Shown one piece after another: positions 15,860 to 26,599 of a DNA stretch of 64,000 nucleotides. Location: positions 96,001-160,000 of the forward strand of contig CAVXWP010000002.1 of NCBI GenBank assembly GCA_963765495.1. The letters are read 5' to 3'. The notes beneath the pieces were generated by a model that was not told the DNA's origin, searched no databases, and worked only from the letters and a program-made list of their open reading frames with translations. The position numbers were made by a program, and so were the translations under genes. Every line of letters starts with the position of its first letter. The first letter of the stretch is position 1. This DNA is from Blastocatellia bacterium (GTDB lineage: Bacteria > Acidobacteriota > Blastocatellia > UBA7656).

Positions 15860-18232
15860 ATGCCACACACTGGAATCATAGGAGTCAGGCTCATCATTGC
15901 CGCGCTTTTTGTCGCAGGAATTGCCAGGGGTCAGCGGATAAAGAACGCGGTCCCGGAGGTTGCTCGCCCCTTGCCCCTGTCTGCGGTGCGGCTGACCGGC
16001 GGACCGCTCAAGCGGGCGCAAGACCTTGACGCGGAGTATCTGCTAAAGCTGGAACCTGATCGCATGATGGCCTATTACCGCAAGCGCGCCGGGCTTGAGC
16101 CAAAGGCGCAAGGTTACGGCGGCTGGGATGGAGACGGCAAAAACCTGACGGGTCATATCGCAGGCCACTATTTATCGGCTGTGAGCTTGATGTATGCCGC
16201 GACGGGTGATCCGCGCTTCAAGCAGCGCGCCGACTACATAGTGAAGGAGATGCAGGAGGTTCAAAACAAGCACGGCAACGGCTATCTCGGCGCGCTTGAA
16301 AATGGAGAGGAGCGATTTGCCGAAGTTTCTCGCGGCAACATTCGGTCGGCCAGCTTCGATTTGAATCAACTCTGGTCGCCCTGGTATGTGCTGCACAAGA
16401 CATTTGCCGGGCTTCGCGATGCATATCGTTACACGGGAAATCGCGCGGCGCTCGATGTAGAGGCTGGCTTCGCCCGTTGGGCCGAAGGGATACTCTCAAA
16501 GCTCGACGATGCCCAGCTTCAGAAGATGCTAAACACGGAATTCGGCGGCATGCCCGAAGTCCTTGCCGATCTCTACGCCGACACGGGTGACACACGCTGG
16601 CTGACTCTCTCTCACCGCTTCGATCATCATGCCGTGCTTGATCCGCTCGCCCGTCACGAAGACATATTGCCGGGTCTGCATGGGAACACGCAGGTGCCAA
16701 AGATTCTCGGTTATCTTGCGTGTTATGCCTATACCGGAGACAAAACCGACTGGGAGGCCGCAACATTCTTCTGGGATTCCGTAGTGGATCATCACAGTTT
16801 CGCAACCGGCGGTCACGGCAAGGATGAATACTTCGGCCCGCCCGACAAGTTGAGCGACCGATTCGAAGGACGCACCGCCGAGACGTGCAACGTCTATAAT
16901 ATGATAAAGATGACGCGCCTGCTCTTCGCGCTTCACCCCGACATCAAATACGCCGAGTTCCACGAGCGCGCACTCTTTAATCACATCCTCGCCTCAATGG
17001 ATCCTGAGGACGGTCAAACCTGTTACATGGTTCCCGTAGGCCAGGGGGTCGAGCGCGAGTATCAGGATATGTTCAGCGATTTTACCTGCTGTGTAGGCAC
17101 TGGAATGGAGAGTCACGCGCTCCACGGCGAAGGAATATATTACGAATCGGGTGACCGGCTCTGGGTGAATCTGTTCGTGCCTTCAACTGCCAGATGGGAA
17201 GCAGCAGGCGTAGACCTGTCGATGGAAACTACTTTTCCCGAAGGCGAATCAGCTACCCTGAAACTCAAGCTCAAAGCGCCGTGGCGCTTCACGCTGGCGC
17301 TGCGTCGCCCTTCGTGGGCAGAGAAAGGGTTTACCGTAAAAATCAACGGACGGGCTTTGGGTGATCTGTCAAAGCCGGGCTCTTATATCGAGATGAATCG
17401 CCTATGGGAAAGCGGCGATACTGTGGCCGTGACTCTGCCAAAGACTCTGCACCTTGAGCCCTTAGCCGATAATGCGCGTATCGCGGCCATCGCGTGGGGG
17501 CCGCTTGTGCTTGCCGGGGACCTTGGGCCGGAGCCTGGAAAAGATGCCCAATCCGTGGAGCCGATAAATACTCCCGCGCTTGTGGCGGCGGGGCGGCCCC
17601 TGACTGACTGGCTCAAACCCGTGCCCGGCAGACCGGGACTCTTCCGCAGTCAAGGCGTTGGGCGCGAGCGCGATGTGGAACTCGCGCCGTTTTACCGTCT
17701 GCACCATCGCACATACAGTGCGTACTGGAATCTATTCACACCCTCTGAATGGGAAAAGAAAACCGCCGAGATCGAAGCAGAGCGTGAACGGCAGCGAAGG
17801 CTCGAAGCAGCAACCGTAGGCTTCGCCCAACCGGGAGCGATGCAGCCGGGAGCAGATTTCAACCAGCAGGGAGAAGAGACTTCACCGGCCAGCATAGCCG
17901 GACGAAAGGGACTCTCGGCAAAGAGATGGATTTCATTCGACCTGCCTGTGGATCCGGCGCACCCGCTGGCCCTGATCACCACTTACCATAGCGAAGAAAG
18001 AGGAGAACGCACCTTTGAGATTCTGGTTGATGGCGTGAAAGTCGGAGAACAGAAAATCGCGGGGTATCGCCCCGGCAGCAGTTCCGGCAGCTTCTTCGAT
18101 GTGGAATACGCGATACCGCAGGAGCTAATCAAAGACAAGCAAAAAGTGACCGTGCGCTTTCAGGCTACAGGTGGCAAAGAAGTCGCCTCGATCTTCGGCG
18201 TTCGCATAATCCGCGCCGACGCGCAACGCTAA
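15860..18232 (+). CDS. Glycoside hydrolase family 127 (beta-L-arabinofuranosidase-like), exported
   Basis: Signal peptide; GHIAGHYLSA, EFGGM, HGNTQVPK, ETCNVYNM, FTCCVGTGME. Confidence 0.9.
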   Translation: MPHTGIIGVRLIIAALFVAGIARGQRIKNAVPEVARPLPLSAVRLTGGPLKRAQDLDAEYLLKLEPDRMMAYYRKRAGLEPKAQGYGGWDGDGKNLTGHIAGHYLSAVSLMYAATGDPRFKQRADYIVKEMQEVQNKHGNGYLGALENGEERFAEVSRGNIRSASFDLNQLWSPWYVLHKTFAGLRDAYRYTGNRAALDVEAGFARWAEGILSKLDDAQLQKMLNTEFGGMPEVLADLYADTGDTRWLTLSHRFDHHAVLDPLARHEDILPGLHGNTQVPKILGYLACYAYTGDKTDWEAATFFWDSVVDHHSFATGGHGKDEYFGPPDKLSDRFEGRTAETCNVYNMIKMTRLLFALHPDIKYAEFHERALFNHILASMDPEDGQTCYMVPVGQGVEREYQDMFSDFTCCVGTGMESHALHGEGIYYESGDRLWVNLFVPSTARWEAAGVDLSMETTFPEGESATLKLKLKAPWRFTLALRRPSWAEKGFTVKINGRALGDLSKPGSYIEMNRLWESGDTVAVTLPKTLHLEPLADNARIAAIAWGPLVLAGDLGPEPGKDAQSVEPINTPALVAAGRPLTDWLKPVPGRPGLFRSQGVGRERDVELAPFYRLHHRTYSAYWNLFTPSEWEKKTAEIEAERERQRRLEAATVGFAQPGAMQPGADFNQQGEETSPASIAGRKGLSAKRWISFDLPVDPAHPLALITTYHSEERGERTFEILVDGVKVGEQKIAGYRPGSSSGSFFDVEYAIPQELIKDKQKVTVRFQATGGKEVASIFGVRIIRADAQR

Positions 18233-18314
18233 TCGGAATAGGCCGGGACGGGCACGGCCTATTTAAATTTACCCTGCTTCGGAGATTCGCTTACACCGCA
18301 TAGCATTCAAATCA

Positions 18315-21155
18315 TCAGCGCCCAGCAATCAATTCGACCCAGGTAATAGTATCCGAGAGCGGAACTGTGAAGGCACCACGTTCTTCCCTCAACCGCCCGC
18401 GCGGCCTGTAGCTTCCTATCCCGGTCACCCGCGCCGGTTGTTCAATTCTCAGACGCGCTTTCGGGGTTTCAGGTGTCGAGCGCGATAATCCGATTCTCAC
18501 GGCACGCGTGCGAGGGTCCATGTAAATGCTTTCGAAAGTTCCGGCATCCAGCGTAAGCCACAAACCAAAGGGGGCGATGTATACACGCATTCTAAAAGAA
18601 TCTCTAGGTTGAACCCTGACCCGGTCGCCCTCCATACGCAGGTTGCCGCCAAATGCCTGCCAGCCGAATTCGGAATGGTTGATCACATAGGTCGCCGTGT
18701 TTAAGGCGTGCCCGAAGAAGTTCGGGCCGTAATCGCCTGAGTATGCGTCCCACTTCAGCGTAGAGGGGAAGGAGTGAAAGGCCGCCGAGGCGAACCCCTC
18801 ACGATCAATGTTTGAGAGCGCGCCCATCATGCCGCCATAGCCTGTCCGCAACAGGTAGTCGTCTTCCGGGTGTTGGCGGAAATGCGCGAGCACGGGAATG
18901 GCGTTCAGTCCCGAGCCATAATGATGAAGCTGGCGTTCGATCCGGCGCAACTTGCCGCCGTAGAGGAAGTCCCAGTAGCGGCGGGCGTTGCCGTTGTACC
19001 CCCAGTGCGGCAAGGTAGGCATGTAACCGAGAATCGAGTTGAGCGAGACCAGCGCCTTATCGTCATAACCAAAATATCTGCACCACGCATAGACCTCTTC
19101 CTGCCCGGTCGAGTCCCACGCCATCTCGCTGCCAAAAGGATAAGCCTCCTGCTTCCATCGGTCGGCGCGCTCTTTCATCAGCGCTTCAACAAAAGCGGCC
19201 TGTTTGGTCCAGCCCTCGCGCTTGAGGTCGTCTAGCAGCGCGAGAAAAATATCCCCTTCCATCAATCCAAGCTCTACATATTCAACCCGGCGACTGCCGT
19301 CAGCATTTCGTCCAAACATGAATTTTGTTGTCTGATATGCCTGATCGAGATACCACTTCCACGAATGGCTGGTAACAAGACCGTTATGATTGCGAGCCAG
19401 CCGGTACATTGACCAGTAAGCGGCGACTACATGGGGATAGTTGTAACCTCGCCCGATGGATTCGGCGGCACCTTTTTTCCAGCTTGTCCAGGAACTCCAA
19501 TCGAGGGTTTTGTCATACTCAAAGCCGGGTACGGCCTCGGGCGAGTAGAAAAACAGACTCTTGCGGACCCCATATTTTTTCGGCCCCTCGCTGTACTGAA
19601 GACCGCCCCAGAGAACTCTATCTACGAACTGCTCATATTTAGCGATCTCTTCCCTCTCGGGTTGGCCGAACTCTTTCATCGCGGCAGCCAGCCACGAGCC
19701 CGACCCGCCTTCATCGCCAAGCCCGGCAATCCATACCCGGCTGTCTTCGGTCACGATGCGGTCGCGCTCCCGGTCATAGCTCATGACGGAAGGGCTGCGA
19801 TGAAAAGGATCATCAGGGTTTACGAACCACTGCCGCGTCATCAGGAAATGGCCCAGATCGGCCACGGCCTGCGCCGCCGGTTTTATCACATAATAATTTA
19901 TTGATTGCTTCACGCCGTCATAGTAGATCAGTGTCAGCCGCGCGCGTCCCCAGTCTTTGCCGCGTAGAGTGTAGGCTTGCCAGCCGTGTCTGGTCGGGCG
20001 GTCTTCACTGATGCTGATCGCTCCCCTCGGTTCGACCGTCACACCCGCGACCCTGTGCTTATAATTCAGGAAAAGCCGCGCCTCCTGATCCATCGGCAGA
20101 ATATAGCCGGGAATGCCTACGGCAACGGGACGCCCGTTTGCCGCAAGCGTCTGCTCGATGTCGCGAATGCTGTCGGATAGAAGAAATCTGAGGCCGTAAG
20201 ACCGAGTCTCGCCCGGCTCAATCGTCGCAGTCGTAGGCGGGTTCCACGGTTCGGCGTTTCGCCATTCGTTTTCGGCGTAAGCCTGAGAGTTCGCAAGCCA
20301 TGCAAACGTACCCTCGAAAGTCTGGCTGGGGCGAACAGGTTCATTGAGCAATTGATAGGCTTCAAACGGCGTTTGCCCATCCGGGACTACGATAAGCGCG
20401 GGCCCTTGACCGCTCAAGCGTGTCACCCGAAGATAACCGCCGTCCCGCCCTATGTAAGGATCGGAGAAAGAACACAACTGGTGCGCCTGCTCGAGCGAGC
20501 GGTCCGTGAGGATGTTGTTGAAGGCCAGGGGAATGCCAACCCCACCCACTTGAAGGGCCTCTGAGGAGCTGTTCTTGAGCACAAAACGCAAAACGAGGCG
20601 ACCATTTTCGACCGCCCAGATGCGCGTGATCTGTAGGGGACAATTCTCAGGCAAGGTCGGTGAAAGTTCGGCTGCGGCCAGAAATAGCTCCGATGAAGGC
20701 AAGGGTTGGACCGGCTTGCGCGCGGTGGCCGTCGAGTATTCCTGCCACGAGCCGGAACTGCCGCTTCGCACTCGCAGGGTCAGATCGCCCAGATGGTAGT
20801 AACCATTCCCGGCGCGGCTCTTGAGGCGGTCTGAGGGTGTAAAGTCAAAGCCTCCGGCTCCTTTCGGCTCTAAAGCGGCGATTGTCTGAGACGCCCTGAC
20901 AAGCTTCAGTTTGAAGTCGGGTGTGTCAAATTCCAGATAACCCTGTTCGAGTCCAAGCGTCTCCGGCTCGTCCTTTTTCGGGTTCCGCTCGCGCCCTTCT
21001 TGCGACTGCCGAATTACTGATATGAACGGGTGGGAAGGAACTCCGTACCCGGGCACTGCCGAAGAAATGACGGTTGAGGAAATGACGGCTAAGGCTGCCG
21101 TGATTGCAATTGCTTTTAGAAACCCGTAGATCGATTTCATCTCAATACCCGACAA
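18315..21155 (-). CDS. Exported putative glycoside hydrolase (DUF5695-like)
   Basis: Signal peptide; WIAGLGDEGG, YNYPHV, GSEMAWDSTGQE, HWGYNGNARRYWDF. Confidence 0.8.
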   Translation of the reverse strand: MSGIEMKSIYGFLKAIAITAALAVISSTVISSAVPGYGVPSHPFISVIRQSQEGRERNPKKDEPETLGLEQGYLEFDTPDFKLKLVRASQTIAALEPKGAGGFDFTPSDRLKSRAGNGYYHLGDLTLRVRSGSSGSWQEYSTATARKPVQPLPSSELFLAAAELSPTLPENCPLQITRIWAVENGRLVLRFVLKNSSSEALQVGGVGIPLAFNNILTDRSLEQAHQLCSFSDPYIGRDGGYLRVTRLSGQGPALIVVPDGQTPFEAYQLLNEPVRPSQTFEGTFAWLANSQAYAENEWRNAEPWNPPTTATIEPGETRSYGLRFLLSDSIRDIEQTLAANGRPVAVGIPGYILPMDQEARLFLNYKHRVAGVTVEPRGAISISEDRPTRHGWQAYTLRGKDWGRARLTLIYYDGVKQSINYYVIKPAAQAVADLGHFLMTRQWFVNPDDPFHRSPSVMSYDRERDRIVTEDSRVWIAGLGDEGGSGSWLAAAMKEFGQPEREEIAKYEQFVDRVLWGGLQYSEGPKKYGVRKSLFFYSPEAVPGFEYDKTLDWSSWTSWKKGAAESIGRGYNYPHVVAAYWSMYRLARNHNGLVTSHSWKWYLDQAYQTTKFMFGRNADGSRRVEYVELGLMEGDIFLALLDDLKREGWTKQAAFVEALMKERADRWKQEAYPFGSEMAWDSTGQEEVYAWCRYFGYDDKALVSLNSILGYMPTLPHWGYNGNARRYWDFLYGGKLRRIERQLHHYGSGLNAIPVLAHFRQHPEDDYLLRTGYGGMMGALSNIDREGFASAAFHSFPSTLKWDAYSGDYGPNFFGHALNTATYVINHSEFGWQAFGGNLRMEGDRVRVQPRDSFRMRVYIAPFGLWLTLDAGTFESIYMDPRTRAVRIGLSRSTPETPKARLRIEQPARVTGIGSYRPRGRLREERGAFTVPLSDTITWVELIAGR

Positions 21156-21282
21156 GCTTTGGAATTGTCCGTATCAGATTACCCATACAATCACGGGCTG
21201 GCAATCCGGGCGTGTATCCGGCTAAATCGAACCGCAAGAGATTGGCACAAATGAAATTGAATGAAGGGCACGTAGAAATAGA

Positions 21283-21325
21283 CCACTAATGAACGCGGAT
21301 CAGGCGGATTTACGCGGATCGGATC
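21283..21325. repeat. Nonamer-based REP-like half element
   Basis: GAACGCGGAT CAGGCGGAT TTACGCGGAT tandem units resembling the arms at 45637-45765. Confidence 0.5.
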
Positions 21326-21600
21326 ACTTGATCAGGGCTGATTTATGAAATTCTCGATCAATAAAAGTGCTATCCAGCAAATCAAGCTCGATTATCTATG
21401 CTGGGTTGTGCATGGTTGGGGCCGTCTACTTCATATTTCGATCCTGAGCAATGCGCTTTCTTGACAATCGAGGAGTCTATAGCGCAGGCTCTAAAAATCA
21501 GGGCAATCAGAGGCGGAGTAGTCAATGGCTTGCTCTTGATTTCTGGGTTCTAAGGCGATTTCACCTCGGCAGACAAAATGGCTGCACACGGGTCAAACAG

Positions 21601-22110
21601 ATGAGCCTGATCGACATAAACAGTTTACCTCCGAATATCAAAATCAGGATTGACTTGAGACCGGGCGACATAGGTTATCTGACCTATCTGCATGGCATAC
21701 TCTATGCCCGGGAATACGGCTGGGATCACAGGTTTGAGGCATACGTGGCCGGTCCACTGGCTGAGTTCGCGAAAACGCAAAATGACCGGCAACGCATCTG
21801 GATCGTGGAGCACGAGGACCGGATTGCCGGTTCGATAGCGATAGTCGAGGCAACACGAGACACGGCTCAACTGCGCTGGTTTTTGCTTCATCCCGCGTTG
21901 CGCGGAATGGGGGTCGGCAAGGTCCTGATCAGAAAGGCCATAAGCTTTTGCAGAGATAATGAATACTCTTCGATCATTCTGTGGACGGTCAGCACACTGG
22001 AGGCGGCGGCGAGCATTTACCGTTCAATGGGGTTCGAGTTGAAGGAAGAAAAGACGGGCGAACACTGGGGCGCGACAGTTACCGAGCAGCGATATGAACT
22101 GCTGCTTTGA
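21601..22110 (+). CDS. GNAT acetyltransferase
   Basis: LRPGDIGYLTYLHGILYAREYGW...AQLRWFLLHPALRGMGVGK. Confidence 0.85.
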   Translation: MSLIDINSLPPNIKIRIDLRPGDIGYLTYLHGILYAREYGWDHRFEAYVAGPLAEFAKTQNDRQRIWIVEHEDRIAGSIAIVEATRDTAQLRWFLLHPALRGMGVGKVLIRKAISFCRDNEYSSIILWTVSTLEAAASIYRSMGFELKEEKTGEHWGATVTEQRYELLL

Positions 22111-22276
22111 GTATTGAGGACAGACCGCATCAATCAAAGTGATATATGGATTTCTGGTCGTTGTATTCAAACAGCCGATGTCCGAAGTCTGGAAAACCCT
22201 ATGACTGGAAAACTCTATGAATTGCTCCGCAAGGATCGGATAGCCACCTGATCCAACAAATCTTAAAATAATAGAC

Positions 22277-23347
22277 ATGATGAACGATAGAATTATTACC
22301 CAGGCAAATCTCGACGAATGGCGTTGGCAGGCGATTCAAAATAAGAGTTCGAAGTTTGACGGCGTGTTCCTGTTTGGAGTGGCAACGACCGGAATTTATT
22401 GTCGTCCGTCATGCGCTTCGCGGCTGCCGAAACGCGAAAATGTACGTTTTTTCACCGACTCCGCCACGGCCGAAAAAAGCGGCTATCGGGCGTGTCGGCG
22501 GTGCGAACCGCAAAAGATTGATTTTGAACATTCAAAGATCAAACTTGTGCGGCAGGTATGCGAATTGATTGAAGCAAGAGGCAGTGAAAATTTATCGCTC
22601 GAAGACTTGAGCGTAGAGTTGAATATAAGCCCGGCGCATTTACAACGCACCTTTAAACAGGTTTTCGGCATCTCTCCGCGCGAATTTTCAGAAGCGGAGA
22701 GACTCAGGAAATTCAAGCAGGCGGTCAAGAGTTCCGATGTGACGACCGCGCTTTACGAGGCGGGGTTTAATTCGAGTCGCGCACTTTATGAAAACGCCGC
22801 CGGAAAGATCGGGATGACACCGGCGCAATATCGCGCCCGAGGCAAAAATATCGAAATCGGTTTCACGGTCGCAGATTCCCCGCTTGGCAAACTGCTCGTC
22901 GCAAGAACAGCGAAAGGCATCTGTGCGGTCAGCTTTGGCGATTCGGAAAGAGAGTTGATCGACAATCTGCGCGAGGAATTTGCGGCGGCGGAAATTCATT
23001 CGGGCGATAAACTTTTACAGGAAGCGGTGCGCGAAATCTTGCTGCACCTGGAGGGCGAGCAGAAGGTTTTCGATTTACCGCTCGATTTGAGGGCGACGGC
23101 TTTTCAGATGCGCGTATGGGCGGAGTTGCGAAAGATACCATACGGCAAGACAAAATCTTACAAAGAGATTGCCGAAGCCATCGAGAAACCGAAAGCAGTT
23201 CGCGCCGTCGCGAGAGCCTGCGCGACGAATCCGGTTGCGCTGCTGACACCCTGTCACCGCGTCGTAGCGGCGGATGGTAAATTGAGCGGCTATCGCTGGG
23301 GCGTGAACCGCAAAAGGATGTTGCTCGATAAAGAGCAGGCAATCTAA
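22277..23347 (+). CDS. ada: Bifunctional Ada regulator / O6-methylguanine-DNA methyltransferase
   Basis: YCRPSC, RACRRC Zn site, AraC HTH, PCHRV active site. Confidence 0.93.
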   Translation: MMNDRIITQANLDEWRWQAIQNKSSKFDGVFLFGVATTGIYCRPSCASRLPKRENVRFFTDSATAEKSGYRACRRCEPQKIDFEHSKIKLVRQVCELIEARGSENLSLEDLSVELNISPAHLQRTFKQVFGISPREFSEAERLRKFKQAVKSSDVTTALYEAGFNSSRALYENAAGKIGMTPAQYRARGKNIEIGFTVADSPLGKLLVARTAKGICAVSFGDSERELIDNLREEFAAAEIHSGDKLLQEAVREILLHLEGEQKVFDLPLDLRATAFQMRVWAELRKIPYGKTKSYKEIAEAIEKPKAVRAVARACATNPVALLTPCHRVVAADGKLSGYRWGVNRKRMLLDKEQAI

Positions 23348-23400
23348 ATCATGCCGCAAGAACCTTGTACATTTTAAAAGTGTGTGAAGGGTAGATTTTC

Positions 23401-23473
23401 AGACAGGGTTTACAGGATTTTCAGGGTCTTTCCATCTATCTCAGCGATCTTGTTAATCCTATAAATCCTGTCT
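23401..23473. repeat. REP-like palindrome downstream of ada
   Basis: AGACAGGGTTTACAGGATT versus AATCCTATAAATCCTGTCT, 2 mismatches. Confidence 0.7.
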
Positions 23474-23644
23474 AATTTCTTCTCGCTCTTTACCGATCAC
23501 GCATCTACTTTATCAGCGCCGATCTTATACGTTTCGGTTCTGTTTTATCTCCTCATCCCACACTTTGGAAACCGATTTGACATTTTCTCAAGCAGTACGC
23601 CGCGACATTGGACCCGCTCACACCTCTTTTGGTACGATAGCGCG

Positions 23645-24154
23645 ATGATGAGAATAACCTCTGTTCACATCGCAAGAGTTGTGTCCTGCCTCCTCCTGTT
23701 TTTCGCAGGCACATCCACAGGGCAATCCCATAGACCTGCCCAATCAGCCCCTTCGACCCCGGTGCTTCCATTGATCGAAAAGTACAAAGCTCCTCCGTAC
23801 CCAAAATCCCAATTTCTCACGGCAGAAACTTATGAGTATCGTATCAGCTACAAACGACCTGTTCCGCCCACACTCACGGATGTCTTTATTTGCGATATCT
23901 GGCAGAGGGTGACTCTGGATATGAAGCTGACGATTACCCCGCAAGAAATCTCCGAAGATATAGCCAATCAGGCAATCAGGATTTACCTTACAAAAAACTG
24001 GTCGGACATCGCGGGTTATCGTCCCTGGACTCACTGGAATTTTATTAGAACCTTAAAAGTGGGGCAGCGCACCGCACTCGCTAAAGAGGTCGTTGCCTAT
24101 ATCGGCGAAAACGGTGTTAGAGATGTAGAAGAAGACGCCCAGGAAAAGAAATAA
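23645..24154 (+). CDS. Exported hypothetical protein
   Basis: N-terminal signal-like hydrophobic stretch, 169 aa. Confidence 0.65.
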   Translation: MMRITSVHIARVVSCLLLFFAGTSTGQSHRPAQSAPSTPVLPLIEKYKAPPYPKSQFLTAETYEYRISYKRPVPPTLTDVFICDIWQRVTLDMKLTITPQEISEDIANQAIRIYLTKNWSDIAGYRPWTHWNFIRTLKVGQRTALAKEVVAYIGENGVRDVEEDAQEKK

Positions 24155-24176
24155 ACTTCGGGCAAGGAGGCTGAGG

Positions 24177-24626
24177 ATGTGGAAAGAGTTTAAAGAGTTT
24201 ATAGCACGCGGCAACGTCATGGACCTTGCCATAGCCGTTGTCATCGGCGCGGCCTTTGGCAAAATCGTCACATCCCTTGTAGAAGGCATTTTAATGCCTC
24301 CTATCGGGTTGCTTCTTGGGAAGATTGACTTCTCAAGCCTCTTCTTTGTCCTCGATTCTTCAAAGGGTGTGCCCGCGTCTCTGGCCGACGCGAAGGTTAA
24401 AGCCATTCCGGTCATCGCCTACGGAGCCTTTATAAATGACATCGTGAATTTCCTGATAATTGCGTTTGTCATTTTTCTGATCGTGCGAGCGGTGAACCGG
24501 CTGAAGAGCAAACAGGAAGCGCCTACGGGTGAGCCTACAACAAAGGAATGCCCGTATTGCCTCTCTACGATACCTCTCAAGGCCCGCCGATGTGCTTCTT
24601 GTACGGTTGATCTTGAACCGGCATAA
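24177..24626 (+). CDS. mscL: Large-conductance mechanosensitive channel with C-terminal CxxC...CxxC
   Basis: [27 protein letters not shown]; YGAFIN; CPYC...CASC tail. Confidence 0.95.
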   Translation: MWKEFKEFIARGNVMDLAIAVVIGAAFGKIVTSLVEGILMPPIGLLLGKIDFSSLFFVLDSSKGVPASLADAKVKAIPVIAYGAFINDIVNFLIIAFVIFLIVRAVNRLKSKQEAPTGEPTTKECPYCLSTIPLKARRCASCTVDLEPA

Positions 24627-24739
24627 GGCTATTCGAGATCGTCGTTAGCGGTGCAAATCGCGGGCGATATGTTATTCTGGTATCGGGTTTAAGGGTGGCA
24701 ACAGATTGCCGCCCGAGCAGGAAAGAGATAGGAGGAGTT

Positions 24740-25759
24740 ATGGCAAAGATGCGCGCGGTACAGATTCCTAATGCGCACGGACCATTGGAACTCGTTGAAC
24801 GTGAAATACCTGATCCCGGAGCAGGGACAGTGCGAATAAAGGTACAGGCATGCGGGGTATGCCACAGCGATTCCTTTACGAAAGAGGGCGCTTTCCCCGG
24901 CATCGAATATCCGCGAGTCCCGGGACACGAGGTTATCGGGATCATAGATGCAGTCGGGGCGGGCGTCGCCAACTGGAAAGAGGGTCAGAGAGTCGGCGTA
25001 GGCTGGCATGGAAACAATTGCGGATACTGCGATTCCTGTCGCAGGGGTGATTTTTTTGCCTGCCAGATCGCATTGCAGGTAACAGGCATCAACTTCGACG
25101 GCGGCTACGCCGATTATATGATCGCTCCGACCGTAGCGCTCGCGCGGGTCCCCGAAGAGCTTTCGGCCGAAGAGGCAGGCCCCTTGATGTGCGCGGGGAT
25201 TACGACTTATAACGCCCTTCGAAATAGCGGCGCCAGAGCCGGTGATCTGGTGGCGGTGCTCGGCATAGGAGGGCTTGGCCATCTGGGCGTTCAGTACGCC
25301 GCGAAGATGGGATTTCGGACCGTAGCCATTGCCAGGGGCAGCGACAAAGAGCCGCTTGCAAAACAACTCGGCGCGCACAGTTATATAGACAGCCGGGCGA
25401 CTGACCCCTCCGAAGAACTCGCAAAGATGGGCGGCGCACAGGTTATTTTGGCGACCGTAACAAACGGCGATGCGATAGGCGCGGCCCTTGGCGGTCTCGG
25501 CGTAAACGGGAGGCTGATGGTCCTCGGGGCCGCCGAATCGCTTCAGGTCCCTCCGCTGCTGCTCATCTTAGGCCGCCGCTCGGTCATGGGATGGTATTCG
25601 GGCACTTCCATCGATTCCGAAGACACGCTTTCCTTCAGCGTGCTTGCAGGAGTGCGCTCTATGAACGAAGTCTATCCGCTTGAGCAGGCGAGCGAAGCCT
25701 ACGAACACATGATGAGCGGAAAGGCGCGATTCAGAGTGGTTCTCACAACCGGGCAATAG
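24740..25759 (+). CDS. Zinc-dependent alcohol dehydrogenase
   Basis: CGVCHSD, PGHE, CGYCDSCRRG...C, GIGGLG. Confidence 0.93.
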   Translation: MAKMRAVQIPNAHGPLELVEREIPDPGAGTVRIKVQACGVCHSDSFTKEGAFPGIEYPRVPGHEVIGIIDAVGAGVANWKEGQRVGVGWHGNNCGYCDSCRRGDFFACQIALQVTGINFDGGYADYMIAPTVALARVPEELSAEEAGPLMCAGITTYNALRNSGARAGDLVAVLGIGGLGHLGVQYAAKMGFRTVAIARGSDKEPLAKQLGAHSYIDSRATDPSEELAKMGGAQVILATVTNGDAIGAALGGLGVNGRLMVLGAAESLQVPPLLLILGRRSVMGWYSGTSIDSEDTLSFSVLAGVRSMNEVYPLEQASEAYEHMMSGKARFRVVLTTGQ

Positions 25760-25791
25760 CTGAACTGTTGGTTGATAGACGAAAAGGGGAT

Positions 25792-26553
25792 ATGGACACG
25801 GCTTATTTCCTTGACCCTGACAAGCTTCAGAGTGTGGCTACAGGACTGCGCGAACAGTATCGCAATGCCAGGCCATTCCCTCATATCGTCATAGATGATC
25901 TTTTTCCCGAAGAGACATTAATGGCGATCATTGAAGAGTTCCCAAAACCGGGTGAGATCGACTGGAATCAATTCGATAATCGGGAAGAAAAGAAACTGGC
26001 TTCAACAGCCGAATCGCAGATGGGCGAGTTAACCAGATTCTTTCTTTATCAATTGAACTCGTCATCGTTTATAAGCTTTCTGGAGACGCTGACCGGGATT
26101 GACGGGCTTATACCCGACCCGCATTTCTGGGGCGGGGGTCTGCATCAAATTACACGAGGCGGCTATCTGAAGATTCACGCGGATTTCAACTGGCACGAAC
26201 GCCTTCGACTCGACCGGCGGTTGAATCTCCTGCTCTATCTCAACCGTGATTGGAATGAAGAATACGGCGGACATCTTGAGTTATGGAACTCTGATATGAG
26301 TCGCTGTGAACAGAAGGTGCTGCCGGTCTTCAACCGATGCGTCATCTTTAACACCGAAGATGATTCCTACCACGGTCATCCGGAGCCGCTGACCTGCCCG
26401 CCTGACCGGACTCGAAAATCGCTGGCGCTCTATTATTACAGCAGCAGGCCCGTTGAAAAGGGGGTTAGCCATTCTCACGGGACGCTGTTTCGGAAGAGGC
26501 CAAGCGAAGCACTCGGAGGCATACCACACCGCATCAAGTCGCTTTTCAGATAA
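25792..26553 (+). CDS. 2OG-Fe(II) oxygenase
   Basis: PFPHIVIDD, GGGLH, IHADFN, SYHG, RKSLALYYY. Confidence 0.9.
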   Translation: MDTAYFLDPDKLQSVATGLREQYRNARPFPHIVIDDLFPEETLMAIIEEFPKPGEIDWNQFDNREEKKLASTAESQMGELTRFFLYQLNSSSFISFLETLTGIDGLIPDPHFWGGGLHQITRGGYLKIHADFNWHERLRLDRRLNLLLYLNRDWNEEYGGHLELWNSDMSRCEQKVLPVFNRCVIFNTEDDSYHGHPEPLTCPPDRTRKSLALYYYSSRPVEKGVSHSHGTLFRKRPSEALGGIPHRIKSLFR

Positions 26554-26599
26554 AAGGAACGCCCGGAAAACAGGCGAGGAGGGTTTTAGCTGAAAGATC

